From an uncultured Clostridia bacterium (GTDB lineage: Bacteria; Bacillota; Clostridia; Peptostreptococcales; Anaerovoracaceae), in NCBI GenBank assembly GCA_945830395.1, contig CALZYE010000005.1, positions 19,601 through 83,600 of the forward strand: a stretch of DNA of 64,000 nt, given 5' to 3'. The translations under genes were made by a program, and so were the position numbers. Of the stretch, positions 36,345 to 47,008 are shown piece by piece. Within the stretch, counting starts at the first letter, position 1. Every line of letters begins with the position of its first letter. The notes beneath the pieces were generated by a model, which did not search any database, had not been told where the DNA came from, and saw nothing but the letters and a program-made list of their open reading frames with translations.

Positions 36345-37661
36345 ATGTTAACTAAAAAGAAAAATTTATTAGTAGTCGCAACGACGCTTTTCATATTAAT
36401 AATGGCAGCCGGCTTTGCTGCTGAACGCTCGCATGCAGGCTCTACCAAACTTTGGCTTAAGATTAATAAGAAAAAAAATGTTATGACCGTATACAAAAAG
36501 TCAGGCGGAAAATGGAAACCTTTCCGTGCAATGCTGTGTACCACAGGGGGAAGAGACGGTATTACCCCTTCAGGAACATTCTACATGGGCTACCAAAGAA
36601 GATGGTTGACAATGATAAGCGAAATAGGCGATAAGACTAACGAGCAATACACTTCACTGGTCGACGGCAGAACCCAGGTATATATCCACTCTGTTTGGTA
36701 CTACGACAAGGGGTACGATCATGCTTCACAGTCCACAAGAGCCTTTAATCGCTTAGGAAGCCATGGCTCGCACGGCTGCATAAGGCTGTCCACCATGGAC
36801 GCAAAGTGGGTTTATGACCACTGTAATCCCGGAACTAAAATAACCATATACTCTGATAAAAACAGCGGCCCTCTGGGCAGACCCAAGAAGATATATGTCA
36901 GCACAAAAAAACGAATGAACTGGGATCCTACCGACCCTCTGAGAAATAATCCGATCTTCAAGATGCATAAACCTGTGTTCAAATTCAAGAAGAGCAAGAG
37001 CGTTCTTTACGGCAAAAAATATAAGCTGAAGAGCGGTATAACCGTTATAAATCCTAATGCCAACCAAAACATCACATACAGGTTGAAGATTGTAAAGCTG
37101 ACTCGGAACGGCAAGAAAATTTCCACTAAAAAATTCAGCACCAAAAAACTGGGAAAATACAAGGCAACATACTATGTTCGAGATCCATACATGGTTCAAA
37201 ACGGACGCAAGGGAACAAAGAAGGTTTTCAACTTTACTGTGTACGATAAGGCTACCGTAAATGCAAAAGACTACACCCTTAAACAAAATGAAACCAACGC
37301 GACTTACGGCATGTCGGCAAAATCTTGTTCCAAGAGTTTGACCAAGACTTCTTCCGTTACAATTACGGCGCCTGACGGCACCAAAAAAAAGATGAGCTAC
37401 GCAAATGCCGTTAAGTTTAAGTTCACTCAGCTTGGAGATTATAAAGTAACCTACAGTGTAACCAACCCTTACCCTAAGAAAACAGTTACCAAAACCATAA
37501 CTGTAAAGGTTGAATCGGTTGAAGAAGTGCGGCCACAGCCCGGCGAAAGCGGAAACGGCAGCGGAACAACTTCCGAGCAGGGTGCAGCTTTGCAGAGCGT
37601 AACCCCTGAGCAGAAAAGCAAGGAAGAAACATGCGCCCCATTTGATGAAGACAAGCATTAA
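36345..37661 (+). CDS. Secreted L,D-transpeptidase (YkuD domain) with Ig-like repeats
   Basis: Signal peptide; IHS...SHGCIRL catalytic motif. Confidence 0.88.
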   Translation: MLTKKKNLLVVATTLFILIMAAGFAAERSHAGSTKLWLKINKKKNVMTVYKKSGGKWKPFRAMLCTTGGRDGITPSGTFYMGYQRRWLTMISEIGDKTNEQYTSLVDGRTQVYIHSVWYYDKGYDHASQSTRAFNRLGSHGSHGCIRLSTMDAKWVYDHCNPGTKITIYSDKNSGPLGRPKKIYVSTKKRMNWDPTDPLRNNPIFKMHKPVFKFKKSKSVLYGKKYKLKSGITVINPNANQNITYRLKIVKLTRNGKKISTKKFSTKKLGKYKATYYVRDPYMVQNGRKGTKKVFNFTVYDKATVNAKDYTLKQNETNATYGMSAKSCSKSLTKTSSVTITAPDGTKKKMSYANAVKFKFTQLGDYKVTYSVTNPYPKKTVTKTITVKVESVEEVRPQPGESGNGSGTTSEQGAALQSVTPEQKSKEETCAPFDEDKH

Positions 37662-37720
37662 GACAGCATGAAATATTCCCGCTTTGCGTAGAAGAGAGAT
37701 AGAAGATACTCAGAACAGAA

Positions 37721-38284
37721 ATGAGAGAAGATGAAATGATTGAATACCCTGAGAGCATAAGAGAAAATGTGCTGTACGATGTGGCAAAGAAAATGGTTGC
37801 AGCAGCCGTAACCGCACCTAAGGCAAGCGGAAAAGATAAGGTAGTTGCCGCTATCGTATGGGGAGATGAAAAGGATGCCGTCGCAGAAAAAATGAAACTT
37901 CTGTGCAAGGAATATGATGAGCCTTTTATCGGAAGAGATGCAGCGTGCCTCGACAGCTGCACCTACGCCGTGTTAATAGGAGTTCGTTCAGCCCCTTTCG
38001 GTTTGGACAACTGCTCCATGTGCGGCTTCAAAACCTGCGGAGAAATGAGAAAGTCAGGCGCAGGCTGCGCCCTTAATATAACCGATTTGGGCATAGCCAT
38101 AGGCTCTGCCGTTTCCATCGCCGCAGACAATAGAATTGATAATCGTGTAATGTACTCCGTCGGAAAGGCCGTAAGCCAAATGGAAATATTTCCGAAGGAT
38201 GTTCGTGTCTGTTACGGAATTCCCCTTTCGATTTCCTCGAAGAACCCCTTTTTCGACAGAGGCGCCGGTGCAGTTCTGCTGTAA
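37721..38284 (+). CDS. Ferredoxin-domain protein (DUF2148-like)
   Basis: TAPKASG, C..CGF..C, DLGIAIGSA...DNR.MY. Confidence 0.8.
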   Translation: MREDEMIEYPESIRENVLYDVAKKMVAAAVTAPKASGKDKVVAAIVWGDEKDAVAEKMKLLCKEYDEPFIGRDAACLDSCTYAVLIGVRSAPFGLDNCSMCGFKTCGEMRKSGAGCALNITDLGIAIGSAVSIAADNRIDNRVMYSVGKAVSQMEIFPKDVRVCYGIPLSISSKNPFFDRGAGAVLL

Positions 38285-38327
38285 AAAACTCTTATATTTC
38301 AAAAAATCTAAACCTGCCGTAAATATT

Positions 38328-38379
38328 GATGCTCCAATATGTGCAGCTTGAATTTTCAAGCCTTATATATTGGAGCATC
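38328..38379. repeat. Nested inverted repeat / long hairpin
   Basis: GATGCTCCAATAT ... GCTTGAA/TTCAAGC ... ATATTGGAGCATC. Confidence 0.7.
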
Positions 38380-39137
38380 CGCCCGTTTCTATTTACTATT
38401 TTTATGGGAAAAAGAATCCTTGTGAATCCTTATGTAAGATAAAATCTATACCTCTCCAATTTAAAGTATATTTTCTCCCATCAAAAACATAAAATTTTCT
38501 TCCTTCACAACAAATATTTCCAATTACTTTTTTACCTTCAAAAACGGTCACTTTATTTCTATTTTTTTTGCTCTAAACACCTTATTTTCAGCAAAGCAAT
38601 ACACCCAACACCCCTTTGAAAGGTCAACTTTATTTTTTTTAGCACACTTTACGATTTTCCTGTCCGATGTTTCTATATTGATTGAGACTAAAAAATCCGT
38701 TGGCGTAATTTCACCCCCTATCTCACCATTTTCGATTGAAAAAGAACCATGAAGAGAATCATTCGATTCATACTTTTCTCCACTAATCTTGTAAAAAGCG
38801 AAAACTGCTATATTTTACCACTTTATCGCATTAAAAAAAGTCTTTTTTTCAGTTTATATATGATATATTGTAATAATATTACATTTGTTGTGTGGCAGCA
38901 TAAATAAAATAATCAAAAATTATGTAATATATTCACATTTTCCTACGGTTCTCTTCCTTTATTTCAGATTTCTCATACATAAATATGACCAAAAAAATAG
39001 AAGTTTCCCTTTCCCTTGCGGCTTAATTTTTTTGTCCTGGACACCTCATTTTAAAAAATAAAAAAGGACCCTCAAGGTTCAATTCAGAACCTTGACAGTC
39101 CGATTAAGTTTGCGACTTTATAAGGTTAGTTTTTAAA

Positions 39138-39380
39138 CTAATCTGCTACATATGGCAGCAATGCCATGATTCTGGCACGCTTGATAGCTACTGTAAGCTC
39201 TCTCTGGTGCTTTGAGCATGTGCCTGTAACTCTCTTAGGAAGAATCTTACCTCTTTCGGTAATGTACTTCTTAAGCTTTTCTACATCTTTATAATCTATA
39301 GCTTCTGTATTATCTGCACAGAACTGGCATACTTTTTTTCTTCTCATGCCACCATGTCTTCTGTTTTCCATTATCGCCAT
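39138..39380 (-). CDS. rpsR: 30S ribosomal protein S18
   Basis: IDYKD...GKILP.R.TG...QR....AIKRAR; RBS before 39380. Confidence 0.97.
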   Translation of the reverse strand: MAIMENRRHGGMRRKKVCQFCADNTEAIDYKDVEKLKKYITERGKILPKRVTGTCSKHQRELTVAIKRARIMALLPYVAD

Positions 39381-39390
39381 CTCCTCTCTT

Positions 39391-39831
39391 TTAGAATGGA
39401 ACGTCTTCCTCAATGGCCTGGAAAGAATCCGGCATTTCATCAAATACAGGCTCCGCTTGGCTCTGTGGAGCTGCTGCCTGTGATCCGAATCTCTCCGCCT
39501 CACCCTTAGGGCGATCTCCCCAATCCAAGAATTCAACGCGGTTTGCAACTATATCTGTCGTGTAGACGGTATCACCGTTTTTGTTCTGATAACTTCCTGT
39601 CTGAATCCTTCCCTCGACAGCAACACGCCTTCCTTTTGCAAGATATTTCTCACAGTTTTCCGCCTGCTTGCCAAATACCGTAATTCTCGGAAAGTCGGTC
39701 TGTCTTTCGCTGCCTGCCCTTGTGGGACGGTCTATTGCAACAGTAAAGGTCGCAACTGCCATCTGGCTGGATGCAGTATAACGAACTTCAGGATCTCTGG
39801 TTAGTCTTCCGATTAATTGAACGCTGTTCAT
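39391..39831 (-). CDS. ssb: Single-stranded DNA-binding protein
   Basis: OB fold; acidic DVPF tail. Confidence 0.97.
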   Translation of the reverse strand: MNSVQLIGRLTRDPEVRYTASSQMAVATFTVAIDRPTRAGSERQTDFPRITVFGKQAENCEKYLAKGRRVAVEGRIQTGSYQNKNGDTVYTTDIVANRVEFLDWGDRPKGEAERFGSQAAAPQSQAEPVFDEMPDSFQAIEEDVPF

Positions 39832-39849
39832 AATTACACCTCGAATCTA

Positions 39850-40140
39850 CTATTTTGCATCTTTGTTAATCATCTGGTGTCTGATTACATCGTCAGAAAT
39901 CTTAAGTCTTCTGTTCAGCTCCTTAGGAACATCTGTACCGGCTTTGAATTCCATTACTACATAATATCCTTCTTCTTTCTTCTCGATAGGATATGCGAGT
40001 TTTCTCATTCCCCAAACATCAACTTCAGATACTTCTCCGCCGTTAGCTGAAACGATTTCTTTAACAGTTTCAACTGCCGCATCTTTCTTATCCTGCTCCA
40101 ATGTAGGGTCGATAATGTACATCAATTCGTAATTAGTCAT
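39850..40140 (-). CDS. rpsF: 30S ribosomal protein S6
   Basis: YE.MYI.DP, WG.RKLAYPI. Confidence 0.97.
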   Translation of the reverse strand: MTNYELMYIIDPTLEQDKKDAAVETVKEIVSANGGEVSEVDVWGMRKLAYPIEKKEEGYYVVMEFKAGTDVPKELNRRLKISDDVIRHQMINKDAK

Positions 40141-40274
40141 ATTTTCACCTCCCTGTGGACTAAATGGCACCGTTTCTCTCCACGGTGCAGAGATTTGCGT
40201 ATATAAACACGCCTAATAATTATATACTCCTTGCCTAAAAAAAGCAAGCCGATTTATGGAGAAATTTGTAATCT

Positions 40275-41198
40275 CTATAGCCAAAGTTTGTCGGGGTAAA
40301 TTCCCTTGTCTTTCATTGCCTGAATGGCAGCAGCTACGCCGGGTTTGTCCTCTTTATATGTTACGCCGTACCAACGGTCCTTTGATTTCAGAACTTTTAC
40401 GGTGGCTTTATCCTCATCTATCAGGTCTTTCACCGCCGACGGAAGGTAGTACTCTCCCTTTAAAGGGTTCTCCGCTAAAGCTTTATCCAAAAATCGCGGC
40501 AGTCCTTTTTTCATTTCATCTGTCATTCTCTTGGAAAATCCCCAAAAATTCATGGACACCGTAGTATCTCCGTCAATTTCTTCCCAAGTTTCGCCATCAT
40601 CTTCCGTAAATACGACCTTACTTCCCTGCCACTTAATCTTGGTTCGCTCGACAATACCTGATAAATTCCCATCACTGTCGACATCGCAAACGCCTCTGGA
40701 AACATACCCGTTCTCAGTAAGCGTGTTGGACAATTTGTATCCCACCATGGCAAATTTCAATTTTTCTCCGTCCTTCACCTCAGACAAGAAATCGTAAATC
40801 TGCCGGAATGCGCCGGGTCCATAGTAGTCATCGGCATTGATAACCGCAAAAGGGCCATCTATAAGCTCCCTTGCGCTAAGCACCGCATGACAGGTGCCCC
40901 AAGGCTTTTCTCTTCCCCGAGGAACACTATACCCTTTCGGTAAATCCGATAATTCCTGAAAAGCATACCTGATGTTCATGTGTTTTCCCGCACCCTTGTC
41001 CATAAGACTGCGGAAGGCTTTCTCATGTTCTCTTTTTATTATAAAAATAACATCGTTAAAACCTGCCATCATGGCATCATACATTGAAAAATCTAATATT
41101 ATTTCCTCTTTATCGCTTACAGGATCTATCTGCTTAAGGCCTCCGTACCTGCTTCCCATTCCTGCAGCCATTATTACTAAAACCGGATTATTCATCAC
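40275..41198 (-). CDS. Sugar-phosphate nucleotidyltransferase family
   Basis: MAAGMGSRYGGLKQ, VINADD.YG. Confidence 0.88.
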   Translation of the reverse strand: MMNNPVLVIMAAGMGSRYGGLKQIDPVSDKEEIILDFSMYDAMMAGFNDVIFIIKREHEKAFRSLMDKGAGKHMNIRYAFQELSDLPKGYSVPRGREKPWGTCHAVLSARELIDGPFAVINADDYYGPGAFRQIYDFLSEVKDGEKLKFAMVGYKLSNTLTENGYVSRGVCDVDSDGNLSGIVERTKIKWQGSKVVFTEDDGETWEEIDGDTTVSMNFWGFSKRMTDEMKKGLPRFLDKALAENPLKGEYYLPSAVKDLIDEDKATVKVLKSKDRWYGVTYKEDKPGVAAAIQAMKDKGIYPDKLWL

Positions 41199-41319
41199 AT
41201 TCTCCTCCCATTTAATGAAGCTATTTTATCACTAAAATGAAAAAAAAACTATATTTTTAGATAATAATCATATATAATAACTTTAGTGGTTAATTATGAA
41301 AATTTGAAAGGAGTAAGAG

Positions 41320-42198
41320 ATGAGAATAAAAAGAGTATCTTCGATTATGCTGTCATTAGCTATGGTTGCAACTTTCTCATTTGTGGGATTAGGGCCTGTA
41401 TCGGCGGCAAGTAAAAATGTAAAGAGCAAGACTTCTTACAGTGAAAGTCAGGTTTCTTTGGCACCGCAGGTTTCAAGCTTTTCCGTAAAGGCGGCAAAGG
41501 CGGCAGCAAAAAAACAAAGTAATATTGTAGATGCGGGAAGCACATCTACGGTCTACAACGGCTCAAGAGTTGTAATCAGACACAAAAATTATGACCAGGT
41601 AAAGACTTACTTTAAAATCAAGCCGAAGACTTCCGGTGCTCTAAACATCAGCACATACGCAGGCTCATATGTATCGGTAAAAGGTGCAAATGCAGGATAT
41701 GTTTACTCGGGAGCTTCCAATCCTCAGTACAGATATATTACTTTTGGCGTAAAAAAGGGAAAAACATACACTGTAACCGTAAAATCTTCCGGTGTTTATG
41801 AAAATCGTGTTCACGGTAATGTAGTATATTTTCAGACAAAGAGTTTTGACGGCAAATTTGGAAAATCCGCCAAAAAGGCTGCAAAGCTTTCCAAAAATAA
41901 GGAGCGCAAAGGATTCATCGAGCCTAACGGAAAACCGAAATACTACAAGCTAAGCAAAAAGGGAAAGAAAATAAAGATTACCTTCAAGGCTTCTGCCAAC
42001 GAACGCCTGCAGATAACCATTACCGGAAAAGCAAAGGGCATCAAAAAGTATACTCGTTATGACCAAACTGCAAGGGGCGGTTATAATATGAAAGTGATAA
42101 CCCTGAAGATGTACGGTTCTGCCAGGAATTTCTCCGGAACAGTTCAGGTGAAAAGAGTAGGAAAATCCTCCGGTGTTTACTCTGTTAAATATCAATAA
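41320..42198 (+). CDS. Secreted basic beta-rich protein
   Basis: Signal peptide ending VSAA; Lys-rich beta-strand repeats. Confidence 0.7.
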   Translation: MRIKRVSSIMLSLAMVATFSFVGLGPVSAASKNVKSKTSYSESQVSLAPQVSSFSVKAAKAAAKKQSNIVDAGSTSTVYNGSRVVIRHKNYDQVKTYFKIKPKTSGALNISTYAGSYVSVKGANAGYVYSGASNPQYRYITFGVKKGKTYTVTVKSSGVYENRVHGNVVYFQTKSFDGKFGKSAKKAAKLSKNKERKGFIEPNGKPKYYKLSKKGKKIKITFKASANERLQITITGKAKGIKKYTRYDQTARGGYNMKVITLKMYGSARNFSGTVQVKRVGKSSGVYSVKYQ

Positions 42199-42269
42199 CA
42201 GATTGTCACACAGCAAATAGAAATATAACAAATTGAATTTTTCGAAATAAACCACTTTTAAGAGTACGG

Positions 42270-42338
42270 GTGGGGCGTGTAACTCGGATTGAAAATTTCT
42301 CAATTCGATGTTACGCCCCACTTTTTCGGTTTTTGAAG
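42270..42338 (+). terminator. Long hairpin terminator
   Basis: GTGGGGCG...TCAAT...CGCCCCAC followed by TTTTT. Confidence 0.65.
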
Positions 42339-42505
42339 TTTCCCTATAGAGCGGATAAACGCATACAATTTTTCTCTCAAAGAATTAATTGTGTTTTTTT
42401 ACAAATTTTATTAAAATTTTTTGTTTACAAACACTATAATAGATGGTATATTAGTAGCATATTTATTTTGAGTTTTATTTTTTAATAAAGGAAAGGTGGT
42501 TTATT

Positions 42506-44029
42506 TTGAGAGATCAATGGAATTCTAAGTTAGGCTTTTTGCTTGCGGCAATAGGCTCTGCAGTGGGACTGGGAAATATATGGCGTTTCCCCTATGTTGC
42601 AGCCTCTAATGGAGGAGGGGCATTCCTTCTCCCTTACTTCTTCGCAATTATTACGGCAGGTATTCCTATTCTGATTATGGAATATACTATCGGTAAAACA
42701 TATAGAGGCGGAGCACCGGTAGCCTTGGCGAGAATCAACAAAAAGTTTGAATGGCTGGGCTGGTTTCAGGTAATGGTAGCTTTTCTGATACTCGTCTATT
42801 ATTTAGCTATCATCGTTTGGACCGTAAGCTACATTGGTTTTTCATTTACTCAGGCTTGGGGCAAGGATCCGACGGCGTTTTTCCTCAAATATCTGGGCTT
42901 GAGCGAGAACCCTCATACCCTTGGCGGTATCAGAACCAACCTGATAGTACCGTTTCTGGGCGTATGGGCGATTGCAGCGGTTATAATGCTCAAGGGTATA
43001 AGCAAGGGAATAGAAAGAGCGTGTCAGATAGCGCTGCCTGTCTTGTTCGTTTTGATTGTGATATTGGTAGTGAGAGGTTTGACTTTGCCCGGAGCTGTTG
43101 ACGGTCTTGAATATATGTTTAAACCTAAATGGGCGGCACTGAAGGACTCCAGCGTATGGGTTGCCGCTTACGGGCAGATATTCTACAGCTTGTCAATCGC
43201 ATTTGCCATCATGATTGCTTACTCAAGTTACCTTCCTCGAAAGACTGATGTGGTAAACAGCGCCTTCATAACGGCAACCGCAAACCACGGTTTTGAAGTC
43301 TTTGCGGGAATCGGCGTATTTTCAATCATGGGATACATGGCATTTCAACAGGGAACCACTGTGGAGCAGATTGCATCCTCAGGTGTGGGACTTGCCTTCA
43401 TGACCTTCCCTACCGCCATCAGCTCACTTCCGGCGCTGAACGCACTGTTTGGAATATGCTTCTTCGGCGCTCTGTTCACCGCAGGCATCACTTCTCTGGT
43501 ATCAATTTCCCAGGCGGTGGTATCCGGAATGCAGGACAAGTTTGAGCTCAACCACAAAAAAGCGGTAATAACAGTTTTAGTACCGGCTTTTCTTCTGAGT
43601 TTTCTGTTCATAACCGGAGCGGGACTTCATATACTTGACATCGTGGATGCCTTCACAAATCAGATCGGTATAGCCGTTGCCGGAGTAATAGAAGTGGTTC
43701 TTATTGCATGGTTCTTCAATCCTGAAAAGCTGCGCAAAGAGGCCAACGAGTTTTCTAATTTTAAAATAGGAAAATGGTGGACATATTCTCTAAAGTTCAT
43801 AACTGTACTGGTTTTGGGCTTTATGTCGATAATGAATATAAAGACATTCTTGGTAGAGGGCTACGGTGAATACGCAAAATTTGATATCACCTTGTTCGGC
43901 TGGAGTTCAATTGCAATTATCCTGATAGGTGCAACGATATTCACCTTGATGAAAGGAAAGCCGGGTTATGCGGACCATATACCGAGTGAAGAAGTTAGAG
44001 AAAAAGAAGCTGAAGAGGAGGTAATATAA
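42506..44029 (+). CDS. Sodium-dependent transporter (NSS/SNF family)
   Basis: GSAVGLGNIWRFPY, GGGAFL.PY. Confidence 0.95.
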   Translation: MRDQWNSKLGFLLAAIGSAVGLGNIWRFPYVAASNGGGAFLLPYFFAIITAGIPILIMEYTIGKTYRGGAPVALARINKKFEWLGWFQVMVAFLILVYYLAIIVWTVSYIGFSFTQAWGKDPTAFFLKYLGLSENPHTLGGIRTNLIVPFLGVWAIAAVIMLKGISKGIERACQIALPVLFVLIVILVVRGLTLPGAVDGLEYMFKPKWAALKDSSVWVAAYGQIFYSLSIAFAIMIAYSSYLPRKTDVVNSAFITATANHGFEVFAGIGVFSIMGYMAFQQGTTVEQIASSGVGLAFMTFPTAISSLPALNALFGICFFGALFTAGITSLVSISQAVVSGMQDKFELNHKKAVITVLVPAFLLSFLFITGAGLHILDIVDAFTNQIGIAVAGVIEVVLIAWFFNPEKLRKEANEFSNFKIGKWWTYSLKFITVLVLGFMSIMNIKTFLVEGYGEYAKFDITLFGWSSIAIILIGATIFTLMKGKPGYADHIPSEEVREKEAEEEVI

Positions 44030-44154
44030 TGAGTACATCTGCAGTTGTAATGATGATGATCGGCTGCGTAGGTTTGTGGGGCGGCTGTGCTCTTGCAATC
44101 ACCATCGCAGTAAAGGCAAGCAGAAAAGAAAAAGCTGCGAGCGCGGGAAAATAA
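44029..44154 (+). CDS. MetS-like small subunit of the NSS transporter (41 aa)
   Basis: MSTSAVVMMMIGCVGLWGG...; TAATG coupling with the transporter stop. Confidence 0.8.
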   Translation: MSTSAVVMMMIGCVGLWGGCALAITIAVKASRKEKAASAGK

Positions 44155-44244
44155 AAAAATGTCGGGATTGAAAGATATTTTATTCAGTCCCGACTTTTTT
44201 TCTATATTTTTTCTGCACAGATAAAGCTGTTTTTTTATAACAGT

Positions 44245-44493
44245 TTATGCGTATTCGCTTTCTCCGCGAACAATTTTATTAAGTTCCTGAGTGACAAGCG
44301 CAGCATTCAAACCATGGACTCTGCAAGCCTGTCTGAGATTTTCAAACTGAGATGATGCACAGCCTATGCAGTGCATTCCTATCTGTCCCAGAAAATCCAC
44401 GGTTTCAGGATACATATTTACAATCTCGCAAATTAAATCATCGCCGGAAATCGGATTAAAAACTTCATCTTTTTCTATATCTTCTGCATTCAT
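44245..44493 (-). CDS. DUF1858-type redox protein
   Basis: GMHCIGC.SS..E.L.QA..VHG. Confidence 0.85.
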   Translation of the reverse strand: MNAEDIEKDEVFNPISGDDLICEIVNMYPETVDFLGQIGMHCIGCASSQFENLRQACRVHGLNAALVTQELNKIVRGESEYA

Positions 44494-44692
44494 CTTACGC
44501 CCCCCTGCAAAACATGGTTCATTGTATTTATCTTCCGCGTTTTAATTCTTTCTACCCATATTGCCGCAAATCTATCACATCATCTCATCGCAGCCAATGA
44601 AAAATTACATTAATTTTTCGCTGAAAATATTCTTTTGCTTCAGGATTTAGGTTATACTTGTATCGTCAATATATTTCAGGGAGAATTTTTAA

Positions 44693-46180
44693 ATGAAAGA
44701 AAAAATTTCAGCTATGGCAGGGAAATATCGCGGAACCGGTGCAGTCACCGGTCTTATATACGGTATGGCGGAGTTTTATGGCGGTGGAGCCTTTGTCATT
44801 ATAAACACTTTTTTTATGGTATTCCTCACGAAAGCTCTGGGTATTCCCGCAGCTTGGGCAGGCGCCATTCCGCTTGCCGGTAAAGTTTGGGATGCTATCA
44901 CAGATCCGATTATGGGAAATATTACAGACCGCACCACCTCAAGGTTCGGTCCCAAAAGGTTTTACCTTCTCATAGGGGGCATTATTTCGGCGATAACATT
45001 TGTCCTTCTTTGGACCACTATTCCAACAGATGATAAAACAACGCTGTTCATTTATTACATCGTAATTTACTGTTTGTTTTCTACAGGATTCACCATCATT
45101 ATGGTGCCGTATAACGGGTTGCTTCCGGATATGATTGACGATTACGCCATAAGGTCAAAATTCTCTGCAATGCGTATGATTTGGTCCACGCTGGGGGCAA
45201 TCGCCGCAGGAATCCTACCGACCCTTATGATTGAAAACACCTTAGACACAAAGATGTATTTCAAAGTGGCTCTGCTGTTCGGAACGCTGTTTTGCATGTC
45301 ATCTCTAATCACTTTCATGGGCACATGGGAGAAGATAAAAAATCCGGTAAAAACCCCTATAAGCGAAAGTTTTTCCCAAGCGGCGTCGGTATTTAAGAGC
45401 AGGGCTTTTAGACTGTTCATAGGAATTTATCTGTCCGGCCAGTGTGCCATGGACTTTGTCTCCGGTATGGCAATATACTATGTCGATGATGTTTTAAACG
45501 GATACAAGAACGGGTATCTCACCATGCTTATGGGAGTTCTGCTTGTTTCTCAGCTTGTGGGAATGCTGATTTTCGGACCTGTTATGACACGAACTTCAAA
45601 GAGAACGACTATTTTAATCGGAGCACCTATAAGACTTATATGTACTCTCGCCCTTTTGGCATTCTCACATGAGGGAGGTTCCATATATCCTATCCTTGCC
45701 CTTTCGGCAGGAATCGGAATAGGAAATGCTGCAACACTGACCAGCATATTCGCAATCTTAGCCGATATGGCAGAGGTCGACGAACTGATTACTTCCGTAA
45801 GCCGCCCGGGAATCGTGTCGGGAATGGCGACTTTTGCAAGAAAAATCTCCGCCGGGCTGTCCGCATGGCTCATCGGAATTCTCATAGCACTTGTGGGTTA
45901 TGATACAAATATGGCACAGTCCGGACTAAGGCAATCTCTTCACACGCGAAACGGAATTGCAATGATATTTATTTTCCTTCCGGCAGTTCTGGTGACACTT
46001 TTATTAATATTCGGATATATCTTTCCTATTACAAAGAAGGAGTTTGATGTGGTTCAAAGAGATATAGCCAGAAGAAAAGGAGATGATGATTCCACCGCCA
46101 CAGAGGAAGAAAAGAGAATCCTAAAGTGCATAACCGGCTTTGAATACGATAAATTATGGAACGAGGAGAACCAAAAATGA
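44693..46180 (+). CDS. GPH-family MFS sugar transporter
   Basis: WDAITDPIMG..TD.T.SRFG..R. Confidence 0.9.
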   Translation: MKEKISAMAGKYRGTGAVTGLIYGMAEFYGGGAFVIINTFFMVFLTKALGIPAAWAGAIPLAGKVWDAITDPIMGNITDRTTSRFGPKRFYLLIGGIISAITFVLLWTTIPTDDKTTLFIYYIVIYCLFSTGFTIIMVPYNGLLPDMIDDYAIRSKFSAMRMIWSTLGAIAAGILPTLMIENTLDTKMYFKVALLFGTLFCMSSLITFMGTWEKIKNPVKTPISESFSQAASVFKSRAFRLFIGIYLSGQCAMDFVSGMAIYYVDDVLNGYKNGYLTMLMGVLLVSQLVGMLIFGPVMTRTSKRTTILIGAPIRLICTLALLAFSHEGGSIYPILALSAGIGIGNAATLTSIFAILADMAEVDELITSVSRPGIVSGMATFARKISAGLSAWLIGILIALVGYDTNMAQSGLRQSLHTRNGIAMIFIFLPAVLVTLLLIFGYIFPITKKEFDVVQRDIARRKGDDDSTATEEEKRILKCITGFEYDKLWNEENQK

Positions 46181-46935
46181 AAAGCAAAAAACCTTTTGTG
46201 TGGGCTCACCGCGGCGCCAGCGGTTACTGCCCCGAAAACACACTTGCCGCCTTTAAAAAAGCTGTTGAAATGAACGCCGACGGCATAGAACTGGATGTTC
46301 AGCTCACCTCTGACGGAGAAATGGTAATTTGCCACGATGAAGAGGTTGACAGAACCTCAAACGGCAAGGGGTGGATCAAGGATATGACATTTGAAGCTGT
46401 CAGATCTTTAGATTTTTCCTACGGAAAAAATGAATACAGAGGCGCAAAAATACCAACCCTACGCGAAGTATTTGAACTAATCAAGCCTACAAAACTTTTG
46501 ATAAATGTAGAATTGAAAACCGGAATCGTCTTTTATCCCGGAATTGAGAAAAAAGTAATCGAGCTTACAGAAGAGTATGACTTCATGGACAGAGTTATTT
46601 TTTCTTCATTCAATCACTATACTGTCAAAAAAATCAAGGAACTGAGGCCAAATGCAAAATGCGGTTTTCTTTACATGGACGGGACGATAGATATGCCTGA
46701 ATACGGAAAAAAACACGGAATAGATGCTCTCCATCCGGCACTTTACAACCTCCAATTCCCCGGCTTCATGGAGGACTGTTTCAGGAACAATTTAGAAGTA
46801 AATGTATGGCCTGTAAACGAAGAGGAGCATATAGCTCTCTGCTGTGAAGCCGGCGTAAACGCCATTATAACCGATTATCCTGACAAAGCTTCAGCTTTCA
46901 TTGGCAGTATGTTTGAAACCAAGCAGCAGATTTGA
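46156..46935 (+). CDS. glpQ: Glycerophosphodiester phosphodiesterase
   Basis: WAHRGAS...PENT..AF, ELDV..T.DG....HD. Confidence 0.88.
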   Translation: MERGEPKMKSKKPFVWAHRGASGYCPENTLAAFKKAVEMNADGIELDVQLTSDGEMVICHDEEVDRTSNGKGWIKDMTFEAVRSLDFSYGKNEYRGAKIPTLREVFELIKPTKLLINVELKTGIVFYPGIEKKVIELTEEYDFMDRVIFSSFNHYTVKKIKELRPNAKCGFLYMDGTIDMPEYGKKHGIDALHPALYNLQFPGFMEDCFRNNLEVNVWPVNEEEHIALCCEAGVNAIITDYPDKASAFIGSMFETKQQI

Positions 46936-46998
46936 GTGCAGTAGAACAGTAGGTTTGAATGCAGTAGATTTGAAGGCAATAGAGCAGTAGATTTGAGT
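46923..46998 (+). repeat. Degenerate tandem repeat (GCAGTAGATTTGA-like units)
   Basis: Four near-identical ~13-15 nt units with two shorter inserts, between glpQ and the hydrolase gene. Confidence 0.7.
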
Positions 46999-47008
46999 AA
47001 GGGGGATT

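Noticed and set aside
36753-37658. 301-aa minus-strand ORF
   Set aside because: Lies entirely antisense to the L,D-transpeptidase; no recognisable motif
39381-39548. N-terminal extension of rpsR in the ORF track
   Set aside because: Overlaps ssb; the RBS supports a start at 39380
46923-46998. Mini-CRISPR
   Set aside because: Units are ~13-15 nt and nearly contiguous, with no unique spacers
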